Origin: Dictyostelium discoideum
Taxonomy: Eukaryota
NCBI GenBank assembly: GCA_000004695.1
Contig: CM000150.2
Coordinates: 1,984,001-2,048,000 of the forward strand
Direction of reading: 5' to 3'
Length of the DNA: 64,000 bases
Position numbers and translations under genes: made by a program. This document shows, piece by piece, positions 1 to 11,797 of this stretch. The notes under the pieces were generated by a model. The model was not told the DNA's origin. It was given only the letters and a program-made list of their open reading frames with translations, and ran no database searches. Position 1 is the stretch's first letter. Each line of letters opens with the position of its first letter.

Positions 1-435
1 TATCATCAAATTTGGTTGGTGTTGGAATTGGTGATGTCATTTTATTATTAATATTACTTTTACTAGTTGAAAATGATCTATTAAAATATTTTAAATTTGA
101 TGTTTTGTTTAATGTTTTTAAAATTTTAATTGAATTCATTGCTTTTTTTTTTTTTCAGTTTAAGCAAAATTTAATTTATACAAAAAAAAAATAAAAATAA
201 AAATAAAAATTAAATTAAATTAAAAAAAAAAAAATTAAATTAAAAAAAAAAATTAGATGACACAATTATGACATTTTTTTTTTACGCTGATGAAAGTATG
301 AAAACATCTGATGGAGAAACCTTTTTAAAAATTCTAAAAAAAATAAAAAAAAAACTATTTTTTATTAAATTACTATTAATTAATTAATTAAAAAAAACTA
401 TTTTTAAATAACTATTAATTAATTAATTAGATAAT

Positions 436-471
<36 letters not shown>

Positions 472-567
472 AAAAAAAAAAAATTTAAAAAATTAATAAT
501 ATTACAAATTGTAAAAAATAAATAAAATCAAATTCAAACACATCACCCCACAAATAAAAAATAAAAA

Positions 568-649
568 TATAGCTGAATGCTGTGGGAAATTGTAATATTA
601 TTTATTTTTTATTTAAAATAAAAAATAGCTGAATGCTGTGGGAAATTGT
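568..649. repeat. Two direct copies of a 25-27 bp GC-richer motif (tagctgaatgctgtgggaaattgt) about 55 bp apart in an AT desert, ~300 bp upstream of the Stealth-family gene.
   Basis: Read directly from the sequence: the motif occurs at about 568-593 and again at 625-649. The surrounding DNA is almost pure A/T. Confidence 0.5.
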
Positions 650-941
650 TATATTTTAATTATTTTTTTTTTTTAAAATTATTTTTTTTTTTTAATATTA
701 AATATGTCGTAATTAAAAAAAATATAAAAAAAAAATCAATGAATAAAAAAAGTAAAAAGTATTTTTTTATTTTTTATATTTTTTATTTTTTTTTTTAAGT
801 ATCCAAAACTCTTACTATTAATCTTTATTAAAAAAATAAAAAAAAAAAAAAAAAAAAAAACAAAAATAATGTATATAAATTTATATAAACACAAAACAAA
901 GGTACTATGTTTTCTTTTACTATTAACTTTCTTTTTGATAA

Positions 942-972
942 ATGGATTTTATGTTTTTAAAGGTAAAATTAT

Positions 973-1003
<31 letters not shown>

Positions 1004-2587
1004 TCTATTAATAAAATATTAAATGATTACTAATTTAAATAATAATAATAATAATTAAAAGTAAATAATGAAAATGGATTTTATGTTGGAAATAAAAATG
1101 AAACCTTAAAAAGTGAAGGTGGACAATTTAATAAACCTGAAAGTAAAAAAAAAATTATTAGTCAAAACTTAACAATAAAAAATGAAACTTTTGAAATTAA
1201 TTATAACCACACAACCACCACCACTAAAAATCAAACTCTAAAAAAAAATGAAAAAATTAATAATCAAATTTCAAATGTAAACCAAACTGAACTTTTATTA
1301 AAAAATAATAATAATATCAATAGTATTAATAATAATAATAATAATAATAACAATAATAATATAAATAATAATAAAGATAAAGATAAACCAATTTTAAATA
1401 ATGAAAGTAAAAGTAAATCATTAATATTAAATAGATCATCACCAAATAAAGACAATGAAATTTATTTAAAAAAGAGTGAAATTCAGTCAAGTAAAAGTAA
1501 AAGTGAATTAAAAATAATAAAAACCAATTCAAAAAATGTTGTTGATGATGATGATGATGTTGATGATGATGAAGATGATTATTTTCCAATTAATGGTAAA
1601 ATTCAAAGTTTTGATAATAATGTATTTTTATTAAATGAATCAGTTAATACATTTAAACCAAAATGTAAATATATTGATATTGTTTATACATGGGTTGATG
1701 GAACAGATCCAGTTCAAATGAATAAATTAAAAAAATATAAAAAAATTGAAAATAAAAAAATAACATCAATTAAAGAAAATGTTGCAGAAGTATGGAACAT
1801 TAAAATATTCATTAAGAAGTGTTCGTAAAAATGCACCATGGGTTAGAAAAATTTTCATTATTACTGCAAATCAAATTCCATCTTGGTTTAATATTTCAAA
1901 TAATGATAATGTTGAATTTATATTTCATGATGAATTATATTTTAATAAGTAAGTACTATTTTTTTTTTTTTTTTATTTTTTTTTTTAAATTAATTACTAA
2001 TTTTTAATAATAATAATAATAGATCCCATTTACCAACATTTAGTTCAAATTCAATTGAATCAAATTTTTTTAATTTACCAAATCAAGTTTCAAATTGTTT
2101 TTTATATTTAAATGATGATGTTTTTTTTAGAAATCCAGTTTTAGCAAGTGACTTTTTTGATGAAAAATTTAATGCTCATGTTTATCAACATAGTAAAATC
2201 ATATCAAGTGAAACTATAATACCAAATGGTAAATTAATTAGAAATAGTGTTCAATTTACAAATTTAGTATTTAGTAATAGATATTTAGATAGAATTTGGT
2301 TTAAAACAAATAGGTATCGTTCAGATCATGGTGTTGGTGTTTTTAATAAACAAATATTGAAAATGGCATATAAAGAATTAAAAGAACAATTTGAATCAAC
2401 ATCATCAAATAGATTTAGATATCCAGAAGATTTAACAATACCATTTTTACATCTCCAATTTTTAAAAAGATATACAACATTTAAAGTGAAACCATCTATA
2501 AATGAATATTTTGCACTTAAAGAAGATAATGTAGCTGAATCTTTCAAAAAAATGCAATTAATTTTACTAAAAAATCAGTTTGTTTAA
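942..2587 (+). CDS. Stealth-family protein (capsule phosphotransferase / GlcNAc-1-phosphotransferase-like), multi-exon partial model. Last exon is 2023..2587; the intron is 1949..2022.
   Basis: Translation shows the Stealth conserved regions. CR1 is YIDIVYTWVDGTDP (about 1667-1708). CR2 is KYSLRSVRKNAPWVRKIFIITANQIPSWFN (about 1800-1890). CR3 is FIFHDELYFNK / SHLPTFSSNSIES...FLYLNDDVFFRNP and is split by a 74-nt GTAAGT..TAG intron with consistent phase. The reading frame changes between CR1 (frame 2) and CR2 (frame 0) somewhere in 1764-1826. The start codon is unresolved: the long Asn-rich frame is open from 1055 with no ATG, and a candidate 21-nt first exon (ATG 942, GTAAAA donor at 963) exists. 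Confidence 0.45.
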
Positions 2588-2770
2588 ATGATATTTTTAA
2601 TAAAATTAATGATACAACTTTATTAATTATAAATAACTTTTTTAATAAATATTATCCAATTAAATCACCATATGCCCAATAAAATAAAAAAGAAATGAAA
2701 TAAAATAAATAGATTAATTTTAGACAATTATTGTATATGTTATAGTTTATTTTATTTAATTTAATTTATT

Positions 2771-3084
2771 TTAATTATCTTCATCATCATCATCATCATC
2801 ACTATTTAATAAAAAGTCTTTAATTTCATTTTTAAGTTGTGATGTTGTTAATAATTGTTTTGAATTCTCTTTAATATATGGTGCTATATTTGGAGTTGAT
2901 TTGAAATCTCTATAAAGGATTTTACAACTATAACATAATGTTTCCTTATTTACTGTAATTGATGATGTTGATGTTGATGATGATGATGAACAACAACCAG
3001 TATTATTATTATTATTATTACTACTATTATCTTCAGTTTTATTACAACATGATGAATCTTCTGTTTTTGTTGTTGAACAACATC

Positions 3085-3124
<40 letters not shown>

Positions 3125-4565
3125 TTTATTTTCTTTATTGATATTATTATTATTATCCAATATAACCTTTTCTAAACTTTTAATTTCTGCACTTGTCAAT
3201 GGACTATATATATATATATATATATTTATATTATTTTAAAATTTTAAATTTTATATTTTATATTAAATTAGTAAATAAAGGTTAATTATTATTATTATTA
3301 TTATTTTTAGAATAAATAAATAAATAAATTACCTTGAACAAATTGAACAATTATAATTTGAATCAATTGAAGGAGAAATTAATTTATCAACAGATCTTAA
3401 TAAAGTATGAACGGTTTGATTTGAAATATCTTGAAGACAATGTAAAAAGTCTTCACAAAGAGTATTAATTGAATGTTTTGGTTTCAAATTTAATATTGAA
3501 AACATTACTGGTACTGGTAAAATATTTAAATGTCTATAATAAATGAAAATTTCTTTTAATAAGAAATCTCTCATTGGTTGATAAAATTTAATATCATCTG
3601 TATAAAAAAAAAAAAAAAAAATGTTAACATAAATAATAATAATTAAAAAATATTAATTAATTAATAATATTAATAATAAAAAACAACTTACTTGATGGTT
3701 GTTCAATTATAACAGAAGTCTCATTTGGTACAGAGAAACCTCTACCTTTTGAAGTTGATGCAACTAATTGTACAGCTAATCTATTTGAACTTGTACCTAA
3801 TATAACTTTTTTACAATTTAATTTATGAGCTACTTGAATTAATAATTGATTACGATAGTAGAGTAATAAATCCTCTTTTGAAGTTTCAGAAGATAATTGA
3901 GCAAATTGTAGTTTCAATTGGTTGGTTCTTTCACCCAATGGTGTTACAGTACCGAGGATATCTTCCAATGGGATGATTTCTAAATTTGGGAAACCAAGTT
4001 TAACATTATTAAATTCTTTTAAGAATTCAATTGTATCATTATGATTTTGGTATGGTGTAATTGAAGACTCATCAATGTGGACACACTTTATATCCAAAAA
4101 CATCTTTGCCTTACCACTACCCTCAGTACACTGTTTCAATAATTCCAACAACATTGATGAACATGTGCCACCTGATAAAGCAACTAATAATTTCTCTGCA
4201 TCTCTTTTACTCTCTCTAACTTTAACAATATTCAATTTAAACTTTTTCAAAATTAATTCTCTATAACATTCCCAACATAATTGTTCTGATCTAAAATTAA
4301 TAATTGGTTTACCAATTGGTTTTTGTTGTTGAGTAATTGGTTCTTCATTATTATTATTATTATTTTCTTCTTCTTTTAATTTTTGTTCTTTTTTTTCTTT
4401 TTTTGAAAGTTTTTTATCTTTTACATTATTTGCAACATTATATAAACATTTTACACATTGAGTATTACCATTTGGTATGATTTGAACTTTTCTTGTATTA
4501 ATTGGTATAGTATTATTAATATCATTATCATTAATACCACATGATGGTAATTCTTCTGATGACAT
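2771..4565 (-). CDS. ctu2: Cytoplasmic tRNA 2-thiolation protein 2 (Ctu2/Ncs2 homolog). CDS is join(4565..3692, 3597..3333, 3203..2771) on the minus strand, 524 codons.
   Basis: The N-terminal CVKC...CWECY zinc-ribbon motif is followed by AEKLLVALSGGTCSSMLLELL (PP-loop-like SGGxxS). This matches the CTU2 pattern CVKC...CRDCF...LLAWSGGPSSSSM. A C-terminal LCYSCK motif is in the last exon. Both introns have GTAAGT/GTAATT donors and AG acceptors, and the phases are consistent (874+265+433 nt = 1572). Confidence 0.6.
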
Positions 4566-4651
4566 TATTTTTTTTAATATATATATTTATATTTATTTTA
4601 AAAAAAAAAAATCAAAGCAAAACTTAAAGTGAGTCGTTTATTTTGAGAAAA

Positions 4652-4697
<46 letters not shown>

Positions 4698-4768
4698 AAA
4701 ATAAAAAAAAAAAATGGAAAAACGAATGAATTTATTTTTTTTAATTTTTTTTTTTTTTTTATTTTTAA

Positions 4769-5748
4769 TTAAATATCAACTAATTTTGAATCAGCAAATT
4801 CAACCCAAGTATCAACAGCATTAAATTCATAAAAGTTTTTAGGTGGTTGTAATTGTTGATTTTGTTGTTGTTGTTGCTGTTGTATTTGAGATTGTTGAGT
4901 TTGTTGTAAAACTTGACCTAATGTTGGTTTTGAAATTGGTTGTTGTTGTTGAGAAGAAGAAGTAGTAGGAGTTATACCAATTACTGGTGGATCTAATAAT
5001 TTTATAGCCAAACCAATAATTTGTTGCATACCAGGTTTTAATGGAAACATTTCAATTTCAACTTGAATTATTGAATTTGGTTGAATTGGATCTAATTTTG
5101 GTAAATGAGAATTAATTTTAATACCATCCATTTTATTTCTAACCAACATAAATTGTGGATATAAAATACGATTAGATTTATTTGATAATTTTGCAATGAC
5201 AGAGAATGGTTTCTCCAATTTAATTTTATCAGGTATATTAATTAATGAACATTCGATATCCTCTTGATTTAATTTCCTTTGAATCGCAGCAGTTTTTAGT
5301 CTACCAATTTCACCGAAATAACTTCTCCATGTTATATCTAATCTACCTAATGGTAATGAATTCTTACTTTCAACATTTTCAATATCTTTTGGTGTAATTT
5401 GAAATAAATATTGTCTACTACAACCTTGTTTTAAAAATACAATATTATCTGATGTTGTTAGTTTAATATTCTCTAATAATTCATCTGTATTTTCAATTAA
5501 TCCTTTTTCATTTAATTTAAATTCTAAATTATTTAAATTATTATCATTTTCTAAATTATTATTATTATTATCTAAATTATTATTATCATCTAAACTATTT
5601 TCAAAACTTATATCTTTTGAATTAAAATGTTCAATTGGTTCAAATAAAATTGATTCTATAAATAATGATCCTTGTGTAGCATTTTCTAAACATGCTTCTA
5701 AAAATACAACATTCTATATATTTATTTATTTATTATTAATATAATTGT

Positions 5749-5801
<53 letters not shown>

Positions 5802-6487
5802 CATATAAATAATACATACTGGTAAATTATGAATTCTAGTTTTTAAAACTAATGGATTTAAAACTTGAAATTTAAAATATTTTCTAAATTTTTTTTGTTC
5901 TCCTTCTGGTGTTGTATAATTTACAGCACATACTAAACTATTTATATTTAAAAATTTAAAAAAAAAAAAAACAATTTAATATTGGTGTTATGTGTGGTTT
6001 TATTAATATAATAAATAAAAAAAAATAAAAATATTTTAAAAACTTACATATTAACACCAGATTCTTTAACTTCACGTTGAACAACAAAATCAGAACTAAA
6101 ACCAGGATTAAAAGTTGGTACTGATTGTTGTTCAGAATCTAATAATGGTATTCTTGAACTTGTTGTTTGTAATTCAACCTTTAAGAAAACATTTCTAACT
6201 TGATATGGTGAATGATTATTTAAACTAATGTAACAACAAAACATTTCACCTAAATATATTACACCAGATTGTAATTGTAACATTGAAGTAACACCTAAAC
6301 CTTCCATATTGATTGGATTACCATTATTACCAATTAATTGATTATTATCATTACTACCACTACTATTAACTGATCCCATTGATAATGATGTACTATCAAT
6401 TGATGTTGACATTGTTTCATATGGTAAATCTTGTTTTTCACATAATATTGGATTTATTGTTGGTATATTTGGTTTACTTAACCTCAT
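4769..6487 (-). CDS. TRAPPC13 homolog (trafficking protein particle complex subunit 13). CDS is join(6487..6048, 5937..5820, 5713..4769), 501 codons. A conserved upstream extension (6529..6488) is interrupted by an in-frame TAA.
   Basis: Translation aligns along its length with human TRAPPC13 as recalled from memory. MRLSKPNIPTINPILCEKQDLP matches [40 protein letters not shown] matches NIFLGETFSSYISVHNDS. VCAVNYTTPEGEQKKFRKYFKFQVLNPL matches [53 protein letters not shown] matches [25 protein letters not shown]. The three exons have GTAAGT/GTATGT donors and the phases check out. Upstream of ATG 6487 the same frame reads M-E-N-T-TAA-ENHLLNLKV, matching human QEHLLALKV that precedes MRLTKP. Confidence 0.65.
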
Positions 6488-6722
6488 TACCTTTAAATTT
6501 AATAAATGATTTTCTTAAGTGTTTTCCATTTTTATGTTTTTTTATTTTAATTTATATTTTTTATAAAAAATATATATATAAAAAAAAAAAAAAGATATAT
6601 AAAATGAAAAATTAATTTAGATATTTATCATATGTGTGTATGTGTGTAAATTTTTTTTTTTAATTTGTTGTGTGTTTTTTGAAGAAATTGTAAAAAAAAA
6701 AACTTTCATTTTTTTTTTATTT

Positions 6723-6767
<45 letters not shown>

Positions 6768-6917
6768 CATATCAACTACCATTTTTTTTGAATGATTAAT
6801 TAAGAAAAAAAAAAAAATAAAAATTCGAAAGCAAAAATATCCCACCTGTACATTAAACACAAACAAACGCAATAAATTTAACGATAAACTTAAACATATA
6901 TATATATAAATAAAATA

Positions 6918-7418
6918 ATGTCTGAAGTTGAAAATTCAAATACAGTGGATTTACAATCACAATTATTACCATTAGAATTAATTGAAAAATGTATTGGTTC
7001 AAGAATTTGGATTGCAATGAAAAATGATAAAGAATTTGTTGGTACATTATTAGGTTTTGATGCTTACGTTAATATATTTTTAAAAGATGTTACTGAATAG
7101 TAAGTTTTTTTTTTAAAAAAAAAAAAAAAAATAATAAAAATAGATTCATTCACTCACTCACACACACAAATAATTAACTATTAACCTTTTTTTTTATACC
7201 ATAATTAATCATAGCGAATATACTCCAGAAGGTTTAAAAACAGTTAAATTAGATAATATTCTTTTAAATGGAAATCATGTTTGTTTGGTAAATATAATAA
7301 TAATAATTATTCTAATTAAAATAAATATCATAATTGAATAATAATATTAATTTTACTAATAATTTTATTATAAATTTAGCTTGTTCCAGGTGGTGAAGGT
7401 CCAAAAGTTAAAGCATAA
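6918..7418 (+). CDS. lsm5: U6 snRNA-associated Sm-like protein LSm5. CDS is join(6918..7099, 7215..7287, 7380..7418), 97 aa.
   Basis: The protein [97 protein letters not shown] closely matches LSm5 (LLPLELIDKCIGSRI...GTLLGFDDFVNMVLEDVTE...TPEGRR...LVPGGEGP). Introns are GTAAGT..AG and GTAAAT..AG with consistent phase. Confidence 0.75.
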
Positions 7419-7526
7419 AATTAAAAAAAAAAAAAAGAAAAAAGGAAAAAAAAAAAAAATTAAAAATAAAAAAAAAAAAAATTAAAAAAATATACTCTAT
7501 ATTATTATATTTTATTTTATTTTATT

Positions 7527-9860
7527 TTAATTAATAATTTTTGAAATATAAATACAATATCTTTTAACTCTTTGACCATTATTCCAAAGTTTATTAAAAT
7601 AAGAATAACCATAATCTTCAGATAATTGAATTAAGTAAGTTTCTTTAACTGGTTTATAAATTTTTAGTAATTTTTTTGATTTTGTAAGGATATCTATAAT
7701 TTGATCACTATAATCTTTATCATCAGTTACAATTGTGAGTGTACCATCTTTTTTTAAACATCTATTAATTTCAATGAGGAATAACTCATTGATAAGACGT
7801 TCAGCACCAGACCAAACTGGTGGATTTGGATAATTGATATAAACTTCATTCAAGATATTATCTGGTATGATCTCTTTTAGCGAACCATGAGCATCACCAC
7901 CCACTATATAAAGGTTATCAATTGCTTCAAGTATCATTTTACTCCAAATTTGAAAGATACGATCGTAACGAATTTCCAAAGAGATCCAATCTGCATCTAA
8001 ATCTTGACCGGCTCTTTCAGTCACCCAATGACCGTGACCTGAACAAATCTCCATTTTAAGTGATCTATTACTATTGAAATTGCTACCACCCTTTTTATAA
8101 GAATTGAATAAACCATTGAATGACGATAATGTAGAGTCTGGTGAGGTTGCAACTGTGACAGGTTTACATTGTTGATCGATACTACGATTGACATTATTCT
8201 TAAAAGTATTCTTTGAGAAATAAATACGATTAAAACTTTCCATATTATGATACTTAATTTTTGAACGTGATTCTGTCATTTTTGAAAGATAATTTCTAAC
8301 ACGATCAGATTCTTCATTGATCTCCTGTTTGTTAATTCTTTCAAACAATGAAGAGGAGATCTTATTCTTTTCTGAAAGTTTACCTTTATTTTTATGAGTG
8401 GTTTGAGTTGATCTTGGTGCTTTCGATAGAATGTCATCAGTGATACCCAATGCTTTAACCGAGGATTTAATATCACCAGCTAATAACGATGCCAATGATA
8501 GACGTGAGAAACAAATGGGTGATATTTGACCTTGCATTCTTTCATAAACTTTACCTAGTAAATCCCAAATCTCTTGTACCATTAAATGATGAGAATAGAT
8601 TTTTATCAAATATTCAATGGTGGTTGAATCGGGATAGATCTCATTGGCTTTCATTAATTGTATTAATGATTTAGTGATTTCAATATCACCAGATCTAATA
8701 CAACCACGAAATATGGAATTAAAAGTACGAATATTTGGTTTGGTTTCAATCATACCCTTAATTGTAGCAAATGATTCATCCATATCAATTTCACAAAGTG
8801 CTTTCACATAGATTGTATAAACCACTTCATTGGCATTACCATCTTTAACTGCATCTTGAAAAACTTCTTTCACTTTTTTATACTCTTGACATCTTACACA
8901 TGCATTCAACATAACACCATAGGTAATATGATCTGGTTTTGCTCCAATCTTTTTTAAATAATTATATGCTTTAACCAATTGAACATAATCTTTTGCTTCT
9001 GCACATGATGACATTTGTGATGTAATTTTATTAATAACTGCTCTATTATTTCTAACAATTGATTCTTTTTTTGGTTCTTCTTCTTTTTTTACTTCTTTTT
9101 CTTTTTCTTTTTCTTCTTTTTTATCATTTAATTTTTTATTTTTCTTTTGATTTACTTTTTTTTCTTCATTAATTTCAGTTGTTTTTTCTGTTTCTGTTGT
9201 TTCTGTTGTTGTTGTTGTTGCTGTAGCTGTAGCTATTGTTGGTTCATTTGGCGTTGTTGTGGTTGGTGGTGGTGTTGTTTTTGGTTTCTTTTCTTTTGGT
9301 TTCTTTTCTTTTGGTTTTTCATTTGTTAATTTAATTTTTTTATTTGATTCTTCTTGTGTTTTAGTTGGTGGTGTTGGTGTTGGTATTGGTGTTGGTGTTG
9401 GAATTACTTTTTTAAAATCATAAAAATCAACAATAACTTTTTTATCACCAATGGTTTTACCATTAACTAAATTTTTAATCTATATAAATAAATAAAAATA
9501 AAATAAAATTTGACATTAAATTAGAAATCTTTTTTTTTATTTATATTTTTTTTTACATATGTGCCAACTTACTATTGATAATTGTGATAAATTTTGAGAT
9601 GATAAAAATGAAATAGTTGTATCAGCATCAACTTTACCAATTAAATCTGGTGGTAAAGTAATTGGAATTGTAATATTTATAGAAGGATTTTGAATAATTT
9701 TCTTTAAATTTTCAATAATTTCATTTTTGCTAATTGATTTTGGAATATTTTTAACAATTAATTTTGTAATTGAAACTCCTCCACCGCCTCCTCCTAAAAT
9801 ACCAATTGATGTTGGTGCTGTTGATCCTAATGAATTACCAAATTTTCTTTTTAAATCCAT
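7527..9860 (-). CDS. Pentatricopeptide-repeat protein with a C-terminal TrmB/METTL1-like tRNA (guanine-N7)-methyltransferase domain and a Lys/Glu/Thr/Pro-rich N-terminal region. CDS is join(9860..9573, 9479..7527), about 746 aa.
   Basis: Exon 1 (MDLKRKFG...SQLSI) ends at a GTAAGT donor. An AG acceptor at 9480 continues in frame (IKNLVNGKTIGDKK...) through the 495-aa track ORF. PPR-like repeats (ITYGVMLNACVRCQEYKKVKEVF, TIYVKALCEIDMDESFATIKGM and others) precede a methyltransferase region. That region has EICSGHGHW, LEIRYDR and INYPNPPVWSGAERLINELFLIEINRCLKKDGTLTIVTD, matching METTL1/TrmB motifs (EIGCGxG, LEIR, FPDPHFK...RII...L...GG..YTITD). Confidence 0.6.
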
Positions 9861-10225
9861 ATTTTGAAAATAAAAATAAAAAACGATGGTTATTGTTTTT
9901 GATTAATCGTTTTTAAATGAATTTAAAAATAAAAAAAAAAAAAAAAATGAAAAAACGAAAAATTGGATTTTTATTTTTTTTTTATTTTTTTTATTTTTAA
10001 TTTTTTTATTTTAATTTTACATTTTTCATAATCATTTGTAAGTAATAGTTATTATACTTTTTGATTTTTTACCCCCTTAATGATGACTAATTAATTTTAT
10101 TTAATTTTATTTTTATTTTAAATTTGTATTTACATTTTTTTTTTTTTTTTAATTTAATTTTTAATTTTTTAATTTTTTTTTTTTTTTTAATTTTTTTTTT
10201 AATTTTTGGATTCTTTTTTTCCGCA

Positions 10226-10284
<59 letters not shown>

Positions 10285-10315
10285 CTTTATTCGATTACAT
10301 AGAAATTGATTAACA

Positions 10316-10923
10316 ATGCCACCAAAACCTACATACGTTAGTGGGGGTAGTGTTACTCAAACAGGTAGAAGTAAATGGAGATTATCATATATTCCTGAAT
10401 TTATTTGGGGTATTTTAAATCAAATAACTTTTTTGTAAGTATTTATATATTTATATATATTTTCATTGTTATTATTCTTTTATTAACATATACATATATT
10501 TTTAGCTTCTCAACTTTAATAGGTGTAGGTTAAATTTATTTAGGTTTTTTTTTTTTTTTTTTTTTTTTCTTTCAAAATTAAGAGATTATATATATTAATT
10601 ATAATTAAATTAAATATATTTAGGGTACAGTTGAACCTAGAAGACGTCCAAATAACCAAGGTGGAGGTAGAAGATTAGCAGGATTTGATGGTAATGGTAA
10701 TGTAACAGGTGGAAGTGGTGTAGGTGGTAGTGGTCCAAGTAAAGGTCCAGATAATGGTTCAAATAATAGAAGAGGTGACATGAAAAATATTTGTATGTAT
10801 TTCCTTTTTTTTTTTTTTTTTTTTTTCTATTATTTTTTTTTTATTGGGTATTAATTGATCATTGTTTTAAATTTAATTTTAGTGGCATGTAATTCAGCTT
10901 CAGGATCTTGAGGTCCGAAATAG
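10316..10923 (+). CDS. selK: Selenoprotein K (SelK). CDS is join(10316..10434, 10506..10524, 10624..10792, 10883..10923), 115 aa. The in-frame TGA at 10909..10911 is read as selenocysteine.
   Basis: N-terminal SKWRLSYIPEFIWGILNQITFFFSTLIG matches the SelK motif SPWRLSLITDFFWGIAEFVVLFF. A Gly-rich region follows. The C-terminal ...NSASGS-U-GPK, then a TAG stop, matches the SelK GG-U-GR ending. Four exons with GTAAGT/GTAGGT/GTATGT donors are phase-consistent, including a 19-nt micro-exon. A good SECIS lies in the 3'UTR (see next feature). Confidence 0.7.
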
Positions 10924-11164
10924 GTTAAACTAAATTATTTTTATAGTTTTTTTTTTTTTTTTTTTTTTTAATTTTTTATTTTCCTTTTTTCTTTTTTAGA
11001 ATAATATTAAACATTTTATTTTACTTTCAAGTATTTTGGAAAAAAAAGAAAAAAAAGAAAAAAAAGAAAAGGAGAAAAAAAGAAAAAAAAAAGAAAAAAA
11101 ACATATTTATAATTTGGTTATTTAACCATTTAGAGGAATATTGTGAAGAATCAATGATTAGTTT

Positions 11165-11235
11165 TTAAAACTGTAATGATTTGTTAAATTAAAACCATTT
11201 TATTGGCAATTTAACATTGAATAGATCATTTTCAT
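11165..11235 (+). promoter_or_regulatory. Candidate SECIS element (form 1) in the selK 3'UTR.
   Basis: A 5' AUGAU quartet lies at 11176-11180. Helix 2 is UUGUUAAAUU (11181-11190) paired with AAUUUAACA (11208-11216). The apical loop begins with AAAA (11191-11194), 12 nt after the quartet A. The 3' quartet UGAA is at 11218-11221, giving tandem sheared G.A/A.G pairs and a U.U pair. The lower helix is weaker. Confidence 0.5.
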
Positions 11236-11559
11236 CAGTAACCAATATTCTTTAAAAAAAAAAAAAAAAACAAGATCAAAATAAAAACAAAATTGTATAT
11301 AGTAATATCATAATAATAATAATAAATTTTTAAATTCCTACTTTGCATCATAATTTTCTTTATTTTTATTTTAAATATTAACTTAAATATTGGATTTTTT
11401 TTAGTTATAATCGTTTTAAAAATGGGTAATTATTCAATATCCTTCCAATTTAATAAATTGCCCAATTCAATAGAATCGATAAAGACAATTATTGATTTCT
11501 ATTTTAAATTTTTTTCATAATTTTAGTTTTTTTCAATTTAAAAATTCATTTTCAAAAAT

Positions 11560-11631
11560 GGCTCCTTAGCATAGTGGTATTGCGCTTCCCTAGTAAGGAA
11601 GAGGTCATGAGTTCGATCCTCATAGGAGCCT
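11560..11631 (+). tRNA. tRNA-Thr (anticodon AGU), copy 1.
   Basis: Cloverleaf read by hand. The acceptor GGCTCCT/AGGAGCC is perfect. The anticodon stem CTTCC/GGAAG has loop CTAGTAA (U33, anticodon AGT, A37). The T arm is ATGAG-TTCGATC-CTCAT. A T7 run (pol III terminator) follows. Identical to the copy at 13247. Confidence 0.85.
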
Positions 11632-11639
11632 TTTTTTGA

Positions 11640-11727
11640 ATAATCTTACAAAACCTAGGGATTTATTTTATTAATTACCTAATCTAAACATACCATCAAT
11701 ACATGGATAATCAATCTTGTTAATCCA

Positions 11728-11797
<70 letters not shown>

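Noticed and set aside
1264-1589. Two minus-strand track ORFs (63 and 87 aa, poly-Leu/His/Tyr)
   Set aside because: They are the antisense of the Asn/Asp-rich low-complexity coding stretch of the plus-strand Stealth-family gene. They are compositional artefacts.
2959-3141. Plus-strand ORF of poly-Tyr/Met
   Set aside because: Antisense of the Asn-rich tract in the last ctu2 exon.
9147-9329. Plus-strand Cys/Phe/Trp-rich ORF, and similar poly-Phe ORFs at 10124-10309, 12406-12642, 31654-32135
   Set aside because: They are translations of homopolymer T/A tracts and of the antisense of the Lys/Glu/Thr-rich linker. They have no protein-like composition.
11154-11157. First ATGA in the selK 3'UTR as the SECIS quartet
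   Set aside because: Only a 3-bp helix can form with any downstream GA. The second ATGA (11176) gives a 9-bp helix, an AAAA loop at the right distance and a UGAA partner.
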